DNA of 64,000 bases. Source: Tubulanus polymorphus (Eukaryota > Animalia > Nemertea). Shown here in pieces: positions 53,078 through 64,000 of this stretch. A model generated the notes under the pieces. The model was not told where the DNA came from, did not search any database, and saw only the letters and a program-made list of their open reading frames with translations. Made by a program: the position numbers and the translations under genes. Each line of letters begins with the position of its first letter. The first letter of the stretch is position 1. The DNA lies in the NCBI RefSeq assembly GCF_964204645.1, contig NC_134030.1:3452778-3516777 (forward strand), given 5' to 3'.

Positions 53078-53288
53078 ACCTACAACCTCCATCTCTACTC
53101 CGATTTCCTACAACCTCCACCTCTACTCCGACTACCTACAACCTCCATCTCTACTCCGACTACCTACAACCTCCATCTCTACTCCGACTACCTACAACCT
53201 CCACCTCTACTCCGACTACCTACAACCTCCATCTCTACTCCGACTACCTACAACCTCCACCTCTACTCCGACTACCTACAACCTCCAA
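53078..53288. repeat. 28-bp minisatellite, ~7.5 copies
   Basis: Unit ACCTACAACCTCCA(T/C)CTCTACTCCGACT. Confidence 0.95.
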
Positions 53289-56200
53289 CTCAAACTCCAA
53301 CAGGAGCAAATCAGCCACGTAATATCACACATGTACAGTATATATGTACGTATTGTAGAAATGAGACATGTGCAGTTAGGAATAAAACAGCTGTCACAGA
53401 TCAACGTTTTAAATATACAATTATTCGAAATGATAATTGGAAATGGAATGAATCAAACAGCTATAACGCTAGCAGGGCCTGCTGTAAGACTGCAGTTAAC
53501 TGATAAATCAAACTCAGTCAGTCATCGGTCGACTAAAATATGAAAATCTAATCAATGTCAACCACACTACGCAACTAGTCTTAAATTCCACATGACACTA
53601 GACGGGGGTAAGTCTGCCTTGCAACGGCTATTGCCTCGGTGCGACCTGTAGCATCGCAAAGACCCATCGACCTTTAAGCAAAGTCGCGGTAAGTCATGTT
53701 TCACTTTCTGCGACTGCCTCTTCACAGTCACAACCGACATATGATGTTCTTGCGTCTGCCAGAGACTAGTCGCATCGACCTATACGTAGCCATTAGCGAC
53801 CACTTTCAATCAGATCTATGCCCGCCTTAAACATTTTTCTAAAATTCAAAATCAACAATTAGAATATCGTAATATTCTGCAAAGGATTTTTTCTAGAAGC
53901 GATCACGGGCTAAAGAGAAATTGGGACAAGAAATGAAAGGTCAACTGAGAGGATGGTTGCTGTGTGTGTGTGATTTGGGAGCAATTCATTACATTCCAGA
54001 AGAATGACGTGAATAGAAAATGACTGGAAGTCGATACACGTCAAACCTGACCAAAATCTCTCTCGATATTTGCAGTGATAGACACCAGGCCTTCGATTTT
54101 CAAGCAATACAACATTTCAAAAGGTGTTTCAAACAAATCCTTTCACAAAACCAACATGACTCTTTAGGTCAATAAGTTTTGTACCCAGTTTCAGTCATGG
54201 CTTAAGCCCAAAAAAGGTCTTAAATCATAAGACTGGTCTTTAGTTGTTAGATTAGTTTTTGGATCAAGAAATCGAAGCATTGGGACTGAGTGAACTCGGT
54301 GAACGAAATTTGAAAAAAGCTTTTGCATGAAGAATGCTCATACATGACCTTGAATATTAGGCAATGACCTTGATAAGGTTAAGCAGATAAGATTCAATCA
54401 ATCTGTTTTATTACAGCGGTTAACAAGATGAAGTCAGTGGTTTTTAGCACACTGATAGGTATCTACATGAACTGGTGCAACGGCAATAATTACACATGAC
54501 CCTCAATAAACTTCTGAAAACGTATCTGATCATTTGTTATAGTTCCTCGTCGTTCCACAGGTTTTTGCCTCACGCGATTATCAATAATCGTGCGTCTTGT
54601 TGCGAAACAGCACTTCACGTAGTTTGGGTGATGAATATTTAATAATGAGACTTATTAACGATAGTTTGAATGAACTGGCATCGTTAGTAATACGACTCCA
54701 TCCATCATCGAACCACCAACACATTATAATACCGCACAAAATATATATTGACGCGTTGATAATAGAGGTGTATGATAGTTTGATTCGGTCGGTTAAAAAG
54801 CAATCGCTCACAGTCAGTCAGTCAGTCGGGTATTTTTAAAGCGATATTGATATTAGCTCGTTAATTCACAGTTCGATATCAAATAACGAGCTGTAAAGTA
54901 ACAGCTATTTTATTCACCATTATCATCATCAATACACTGCGGCGGCGGCCGAGGCGATGTCGGCCGAATGTCAGCCGAATGCCAGCCGTGTGGAGTCGAT
55001 GATGAGTTATGATCAGAGATGAGCATTCAGTTGCATTGCATAATCATCGGTGAGAGTCCTGTACTGAACCTCCACACCTATCTCAGCGATAAGAATGATT
55101 GTTTTTAAATTGGCAAAGCCAGTAAAAGTAAGACTAGAGAACAAGAGTTTGCCTGATGATTAGATTGTTATTTAATCTGTAGCCACCTTTTACTCAAGAA
55201 CTTGATCTCTATGGCTGAATTGCGGAATTTCTCTCGTAAGACTAAGACTCGAGGAGCAGTGGTAAGAGCACTGTGAGAGATGCCAGGTCGTGGGTTCAAA
55301 CACCCCTTCATTGCTAACTACGTTGTATGAATTCTGACCGCTGGCCAAATTGTCTCCATGTGATCACGGCTTAAACAAATCATTTTCTTTGTTGGCCTTG
55401 AACTGTTCGGTCAGTTCAACCATGTTTAAAACAAACAGTAGTTCTACATGTGCTACAGGTTTAAATGTGACTTCACTTTTCTTCAGCGCAATTCATCATT
55501 AAGTCTACTTTAAGTCTGGCTCATCATTCGCAGTATGTACTTTCAAAAATAGCCACAGACGACTGATGAGGTTCACTTTCAATCAACTTTCATCTAGACT
55601 TTTTCAGACTGCCATCAGAAATAAGCCAATTTAACTCAAATCGATAGATAGGGTTCACAACGTAGCGCGATTTTTATTATTTATCATCCATAGATTCTGA
55701 AAAATTATGGATAGATTTTAATTGAATCCGAGAAGATTGGCATGGTTTTCTGAATGCACACTAGCGCACCTGGTGGATCCTCACTTGCCACAAGTGGAAT
55801 CTTAGACTGCCACAGTGGAACGTCGAGTCCTCATTAACATTACCAGCTTGGCGATTACCCTGGGCAGTGTGACATCGGTATAACCCCCGATTAGACCAAG
55901 CGATTCATTGCCATTGTGATTAGACAATTATGTTGTATATTCTGTGTCAACAAACGGCTCAGATTGGATGGTTTTAAGCGGCACTTCAACAGATAGCTAT
56001 TTTACAATAACAGCTGTAACCATCATTTACCGCACGGCGCCCGTGATGACTACCACAAACCATCATCATTATAACTACTATTATATCATGTAAAATATAT
56101 CGTGATTTTCGTTTCCCCGAGCGCAAAAAATTGGTTCGTAGATAATGTATATAATATAATGATACGGCATTCATTCGCAAAATACTTGATTATTTGCCCA

Positions 56201-58236
56201 TCATAAAATAAATCGTGAACATTGGCCTATGAATAACTGATTAAATGATGATTGCGCTGTCCCTCTGTATTAACCCTTCATAAGCTAACATACATCCGGA
56301 TGCCTATTTCATTATGGATATGATAAATAAAGACGCAATTTGAAATTCAAATAGGCTGTTCGCATATGGTTTTGCCAAATGTGACATTATTGGACTCAAA
56401 GATGAATAAAGATGAATCCGAGTCTAACTTTTCAAGGGCCGTCTCATAGTTCAACAATTAAACAAGGTAAAAAGCATACGAAAAGATAGTTCTGATGAAG
56501 TACAAGCTTTCTAAGTATTTTAGAAAACCAGAAGCTTTCAAATTAAGACGTTCATGAATAGAAAACTACATTCAAAGCGGAAATAAAAACCATTAAAATC
56601 GCCAAAATTAAAATGGGAAAATTAAAGTTCAAAAAGGAATCATTCTCTAAATCGAAGCCGCAATCAAGTTAAACAAAATTCATAATGCAAATTGAGTAAA
56701 TTATTTTGAATTGGAGAAACTTTGACGAATAGGACTCGGGCCACACCCTTGGGTTGCCCTTGAACAAACGCACGAAAAAACTCTCCAGCTGTTATACGGA
56801 AGATCTGAAAAATGATGAAAGCTCTGCTTACCGATTGAAAACGATAAAATAAACCATTTTCACGATGACAATAGAATTACTTCCTACAACAAGGGAAACG
56901 TTACCGGTCGAGCCAGTAAACCCCGATGAGGAGCGATGTATGTATTTCCTCGGCTCCTGACTGCTGCAAACTGAGGCAGTACCACCACCTACAATCGTAC
57001 GATATACACTGCAGCATAGCGCTCAGTTCTAGCTGTACCGTAATCATTCTAATATACCGTACATGTAGCGCTGATCAATATACGATTCAATTTCCATACA
57101 TATACCATCTAACAACTGAACTCACAATCAACATCCATGAAACATTCCTAAAAATGGGAGGGTTGCTACTATTTGCTGGTTACATCGTCTTCATGAGATC
57201 GCAAAATATATAACCGCCATCGTACGGAGAGGATTTAGTCAAACAGGCCCAGACCAGAGGCCCCAGTCATATTTAGCCTGAGTCTAATCAGAGAGCGTGT
57301 TCATATGTAAATTACTCGCTAAAACGCTATCAAATTGGCTGTGGCAAGTGAGCTGAGTCACTTCCACAACCAGTCAGCATTCGCATGGAATATTTTGACC
57401 AGTGCTGCTACATTCTTTGGTAGGGCCAAATCAAAATGAGTCCGCATCAAACGGGTATGGGCCCGCACTTGGCACCAGTGATCGGCCCGGGTAAAAAGAA
57501 CGCTCGCAATTGCCACATGTTTCAATACACATGAAATCCTCAAACGAACATAGCCCCAAAAATCTTCTGACATTTTCACTAAATAAAAGAAGAAAATTCT
57601 TTTCTTAAGGTCCCAGTCTCAAAGTGAATGAAACGTAAAACGTGGTTTTGATCGAATTTCTGAAAAACTTATTCATAGATGACTTTAATGGTTTCATGTA
57701 GATTAGAAACGATACATTGTTTTCATTATGTCAATTATACGTAAGCCATAATATATACATAAGTAATGCATAATATGTGTGCATTCATGAAAGTCCGCTG
57801 GGAAAAAGACCCGGTAACTTGAATAATTTAACTCTTCCAGCATTGGACAAATCGCAATTACAACACAATGTCCAATCAATTACTGGCCTACAGAAATATC
57901 TCATGAATATTTCGACTGTTTTTACCAGCGCTCGGACAATCGATTCATATGATTCTAAAACAAAAGAAATGTCCGTTCCCCTCGCGATGTAATGATATAT
58001 GTAGATATATGTAGGTATATATTGATCGGTGTGAACTGATAATAATACATCATATACATTGAAAGACCGAAGTAAAGTCTACAGGTCGTTATAAAGACAC
58101 CTCTCGTATTGTCTGAAATTATAGACTGGCGAACGCATTACTGAAAAGTATTAGCGACTAGTCACTAGTCTCATCACATCGGGGTTCATCAGTTCTTCTT
58201 CAGCATCTCACCCCATAATACAGAACGAGAAACCTC

Positions 58237-59270
58237 GACCCAGCTGAAAATACCCTGAGTGGTGCTCAGCGGGTTGAGGGATAAAACTGGACCTGCTGAT
58301 AATATCCTGAGTGGTGCTCGGCGGGTTGAGGGATAAAACTGGACCTGCTGATAATACCCTGAGTGGTGCTCGGCGGGTTAAGGGATAAAACTGGACCTGC
58401 TGATAATACCCTGAGTGGAGCTCAGTAGGTTGAGTGATAAAACTGGACCTGCTGATAATACCCTGAGTGACACTCAGTAGGTTGAGGGATAAAACTGGAC
58501 CTGCTGATAATACCCTGAGTGGTGCTCAGTAGGTTGAGGGATAAAACTGGACCTGCTGATAATACCCTGAGTGGTGCTCAGTAGGTTGAGGGATAAAACT
58601 GGACCTGCTGATAATACCCTGAGTGGAGCTCAGCGGGTTGAGGGATAAAACTGGACCTGCTGATAATACCCTGAGTGGTGCTCAGTAGGTTGAGGGATAA
58701 AACTGGACCTGCTGATAATACCCTGAGTGACGCTCAGTAGGTTGAGGGATAAAACTGGACCTGCTGATAATACCCTGAGTGACGCTCAGTAGGTTGAGGG
58801 ATAAAACTGGACCTGCTGATAATACCCTGAGTGGTGCTCAGCGGGTTGAGGGATAAAACTGGACCTGCTGATAATACCCTGAGTGACGCTCAGTAGGTTG
58901 AGGGATAAAACTGGACCTGCTGATAATACCCTGAGTGACGCTCAGTAGGTTGAGGGATAAAACTGGACCTGCTGATAATACCCTGAGTGGCGCTCAGCAG
59001 GTTGAGGGATAAAACTGGACCTGCTGATAATACCCTGAGTGGTGCTCGGCGGGTTAAGGGATAAAACTGGACCTGCTGATAATACCCTGAGTGGAGCTCA
59101 GCGGGTTGAGGGATAAAACTGGACCTGCTGATAATACCCTGAGTGGTGCTCGGCGGGTTAAGGGATAAAACTGGACCTGCTGATAATACCCTGAGTGGAG
59201 CTCAGCGGGTTGAGGGATAAAACTGGACCTGCTGATAATACCCTGAGTGGAGCTCAGCGGGTTGAGAGAT
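58237..59270. repeat. 52-bp tandem satellite, ~20 copies
   Basis: Unit TACCCTGAGTG(G/A)N(G/A)CTC(A/G)G(C/T)(A/G)GGTTGAGGGATAAAACTGGACCTGCTGATAA. Unit starts at 58251, 58511, 58771, 59031 and 59239 confirm period 52. Confidence 0.97.
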
Positions 59271-60773
59271 GCAAAAATGATTTCTCATTCTATGAAAAAT
59301 GCTAGATAAAAATTGTTGGAATGAAGTTCAGGCGATTAATGCACAGGTATAATAAACCGCACTGAGTCTTGCCGAGGAGATTGGCACATTTAAAACATGT
59401 GAAAAATATCAGGTTTACAGTAAAATATCAGTGTTGTAGCTGTATTCGTTGTTGATGTAATATTCAATTATCAGTATGTACAGCCACACATCTGAACATG
59501 CCACATGTACAATAGTAAACTTACATTCAATCGATAATAGCCAATGATTGCGTATTGGGTTCGACAGAGAGAGAACCGTTATAAGGGGAAAGGCCATATG
59601 GTAATGGCTTAATCGTATATAGAAATTCTAGGCTCAACGGGTAGTGACCCGACCAAAATGACAAAATCATAAAAGCCCATTCATCACTTAGCTCCCGGGC
59701 CTAGACGTGACTCGGATTTCAGACCATTTCAATACAATAGCCAATCTAACAACTTAAGACCATTTTTGGACGCGACTGAGCCCAGGACAACACTGTGACT
59801 TCAGTCCAAAAATCGTCTAAATTGAATTGATTATAGAAATGAGACTGGTATCAAAACTCGAACCCTTCAACTGTGAAACAATAAGTCTCGGTGGCCAGAT
59901 TCAGCTCATCCAGGTCGTTAGTTTAGCCGGGGAGGTGGCTCCCTGGTTTAGCGATGGAATATATACCATTGGGTCTATAATACCTCAACATCAGCGATTA
60001 CTATCACAAATTTCGAACATTGAAAAACGCTGACTTTCAAATGTTTTGTGAGCACCGCCCTAGGGACAACAGACAGTCGGTCCTTTGAGTATGATTAGTC
60101 ATGAATTCTTGTTGCCAAGCCAGTTGCAATTTGAAAGCCATTCGTAATATTAACAAACAATAAAAACAAAAAGCAATCTAGAATTATAGAAATAATGTAT
60201 ATAATAGAATGAATGGTAAAAACCTATAATTTCGTCGCACGATTTTTTTTGGGGAAATGAAAATAATGAAATGTTAGGCATGTTTTCAGTAAGGTCAGTT
60301 TTAATTTCAAGAGCTCAACTATCATCGGTCAAAGGATATGACAACTGAGACTGCACTCAGTTTCACCAGCACCAATAGTTCTACAGCTCGAATTACTAGT
60401 TCATTCCAAATGTGTTTTTTATGTTTAACCAGGGAATTTGTCCCTTTTATCTATTTGATTAATTTATTTGATTTTATGCTCTTTTTTGTGTGACCCTCAC
60501 GGCACCTGCCGGGAACGAAACATGGGTTTGATTTCAATTGGTTTTTACCCATATAGTCAATTGTTAACCAGCGGAATTGGGCCCCGATGATTAGCTATAG
60601 AAAGTTGCCATGGATAAAACTCGTCCTCACTCCATTCAGGTCAAGTGACTAGTTTTAAAAACTGAAACGATTCGTGGGCGGAAAATTTAAAAACAAATCA
60701 TCGATTGTTGGCGAATTCTAGACGTACTTCAATCAAACTGAGCTGATAACAAAATATACAATATTAGTCATTA

Positions 60774-60932
<159 letters not shown>

Positions 60933-63900
60933 CGTGTGTGAAATCTGACATCCTGGATGTGATGTAGATTTTCAGTGAATGCGTGTACTTTGGGAACAGC
61001 TGGCTTCGCGGAAATCAAAAACTTCACGTCATCAAAATCATAAATCATCGATGCCACCTTATATTTTTTTTAAAAATGAATAAAATTATACTAGGCATGA
61101 CAGCATTCCGATAACTAAAAAGCTTAAAAAAAACCTTTTTTTCACTTCTAAATTCTTCAAAGGTCAAAGTGGAAAATCATGAAATGTATTTACAATCCAG
61201 AACGCGGAGACTGATTAAAGAATCAGAAATAATACAAACTAGGGGTAACGCAATGGGTGCCAGGGCCATGTTCTTATGGATACATCTTCTGCTGATGTCC
61301 ATCGAGTTGTATAACATTATCTTATTATCACCTGTAATTTTCTTATGTTAATCAATTAAGGGATACTTATATCAAATACAATACAGTGAATATAAGTTTA
61401 AAATCCAAAACACAGAGTGAAAAATTGAAATGTCGAAATGAAATTTTTCACACTCATTTATCGTTTGCATTGTAGGATTTTATCATTACAACTCGAACTC
61501 GAGTGTTTGATCCATCGAGATTATCAAAAAATAATTTTTTCAAATTTTCAGATATTTCCGAATTTTTGCGTGGATTATGAAATGTTGTTTACCTCATGAT
61601 GAATAAAAATATCTCCAACGAAGCAAAAATACGCCGATAGTATTTATCTCGATGTTTATCCGATCGGTGGAGACCAGCGATAACGACTCAGTCCAGAGAA
61701 CCATGCGAACCCATCACATCATCCGATACGCAGTCCGAGACGCAGTCCCCACAATCCCGCGATCGAAGAACCATCATTTTGCGTTATGTTTTTCACAGTT
61801 GCGTCGATAGCGACAAACGAGATGTTTATTTGTAACGGCGAAAACTCTGCGGGGGACGATGACGCTCTAAATACCATCACGCTCGCTAGCTCGGCACACG
61901 CTCGCCGGGCACACGCTCGCTCGCTACACACCGTACACGTGTCCACGGCTGCCGTTATCATTGTTGCGTTGGATGAGAATATTCAATTCAACGCATCGAA
62001 GCTTGACAACCAGAGTAGAATAGACTGAATAGAGAGCTAGAGTGTCAATGATCCCCGTTCACGCTAAGTCATCTAAAATGTTTCAAATTTAGTCGGTTCA
62101 AATTCAGAACAGACCAATCGTTCGCACTAGCGAATAGTCAGTTCTAAATTAGTCCATTCCATTTTCGAACAAACCAAACCTTCACACACGAGAAAAGTCC
62201 GTTCAGACTTGGACCGTTGCATTCTAGAAGGCACAAATTTAGACCATACCAAAAAAACTGATCCAGGTCCGTTCTAAATTTCAGAACTGACCATTTCTCT
62301 GCGTGGCAATAGAAACTTGGCTTTAATTAACCGTCGTCAATCCCAGTGTAGCGTTGAGCTGGACCAGCGATATCAGCTGATTTAAAAACATCAGTCGACT
62401 CACAGCATCGATTCGGTCCATTCTAAAAATCTCCATTCCCGCAACGGGGTAAATTTGAACGGACTGACTGCCTAGGGAGTGAATGCGTTTACTCAGGTTG
62501 GTTGTCGGATGCCGGCACGCACCCGGTCTCCGCACCCGGTCTCCACCGCTACCAGTAATAATAGCACCTGTTGAATTGTACTTGGCGGTGAGTGTGTATG
62601 TGTGTGTGTGTGGTGAGGTGGCTCATTTTTTATGAAATGTTGATTTCGTGTCTATAGGTGCTTATTGTATAATAATTACATCGGTGAAGCACTATCAACC
62701 CACTAAAAAATGCACGGGACGCCTTCACAGGTTGCATCGCAGTTGGCAACAACGCTTTATTCTACAACTATGTTTGTATACGACGATGAATAAAGAGTCA
62801 ATAGAAAAGTGTATTCTATAAAAAGAGAGAGAAAGGGAGAGAATGGAAATTTCAATTTCCTACGTAAATCATGATGAAGATAGCATTCACAGTAAGAACA
62901 CCAGCTATCGGAATCATTACACGTCGGAGAACATTAAAAAATCAGGGACATCGCGACTTTATCTTAGAATTGTAGAATCATAGCTGATAGCGGTGGAATT
63001 AATGGTCAAATACACTTAACCTTTAATTGAACGGTTCACGTCAAAAGTCGCTGGCACGGGAGAGAAAGAGACAAGTACAAACACAATATAAACATGTCTC
63101 CGATGACCAGCAGAACATGACGACGGTGTCTGCTAAACAGAGCATTATCATAACGCTTACACCTGAATCATGAAAAATCTCTTCCTGGTTCGATCATTGT
63201 TTGAAACGCCACCAGACCTAGGATAAGAGGCAGGCTTTCTACCAACCATCCGCGTTATCATTACCCTAACCCTGTAAATCCAACACTTAGAATAAAAACA
63301 GTCCGAAATGTTTCCTCGAGCTAGTAAGTTTATTTAACATTTTGACTTCATCTTAATAGCCATCTTTAGGACAACCCCAACCGTCTATAAAATCACTATG
63401 CATATACAGGGACAAAATGATAGTTTTATTTCACATATTTTGCTAAAAACATTCATAATCAATGTTCTGACAAACCTACGAACAGAAATTATGGATTCTA
63501 GAATTTCTGCTGGAAAACCCATCACCGAGTTACACAGAATATACTTTACACGTGGATCATCAGTCTATTCAAATCCAGACCTGAAAACATCGATACGGTA
63601 ATTATAGACAATTATGATTCATTATCATATGACCTGACACCGTAGTAGAGGAGCACATGACATAAAACGACACGAGTTTTATCGAAATAGATTTTCGCCG
63701 CGAGTACGAACGAACGTCGGGGTCGTTTTTATACCTAGAACGACGCAAATATTTCGGCCGACTGAATAAAATCGTGAAACAATCTCGAGACGGTTCTATT
63801 CACTCGTTCGACAATAAAACAAACGACAACCAACGCAGGAGTGGTTCTCGAAAACTACGCAGCTCGAAAACTACTTCTTAACAACATATTTTACATGTTC

Positions 63901-64000
63901 AGGCAGTGAGTCTAAACAATACAAATACCATTTTAAATAGACCTAGCTCGTCTCCTTACAGGGACACGCTCAAAATCTGAATGCATGTGGTATATATTCA

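Noticed and set aside
53078-53288. let-7-like similarity (GAGGTTGTAGGTAGT) in the 28-bp minisatellite, and the 158-aa ORF over it
   Set aside because: Seed mismatch, no hairpin, low-complexity sequence; the ORF is a by-product of the repeat.
58237-59270. CRISPR array or satellite hammerhead in the 52-bp repeat
   Set aside because: There are no unique spacers; CTGATAA does not match CUGANGA and no GAAA follows the stem.

Overview
Eukaryotic, intron-containing, AT-rich invertebrate DNA, most likely a spiralian/lophotrochozoan, because its miR-277 is the annelid-type sequence. It holds four spliced genes: a 4-EF-hand calmodulin-like gene (-, 1651-3110); a divergently transcribed amphiphysin/BIN-like N-BAR gene with no SH3 domain (+, 4274-7316); an ARHGAP32/33-like PX-SH3-RhoGAP gene with a ~5.15 kb terminal coding exon (+, 9454-29123); and the 3' three coding exons of POLR2H/RPB8 (-, 36419-43898), whose first coding exon was not found in the window. 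The main discovery is in the last POLR2H intron. It carries the protostome mir-317/mir-277/mir-34 cluster, expanded by a tandem array of five extra mir-277-family hairpins that keep the AAAUGCA seed but end in a new CUGGUGGGGG tail. A candidate TATA+Inr promoter with a splice donor lies just upstream of the cluster. The convergent ARHGAP 3' UTR is enriched in miR-277 seed sites, and the host 3' UTR has adjacent miR-34 and miR-277 sites. Also present are Penelope-type hammerhead ribozyme motifs (one inside a perfect 73-bp inverted repeat), several MITEs with target-site duplications, a 52-bp structured satellite and microsatellites. All splice sites, folds and counts were read by eye and need computational confirmation.
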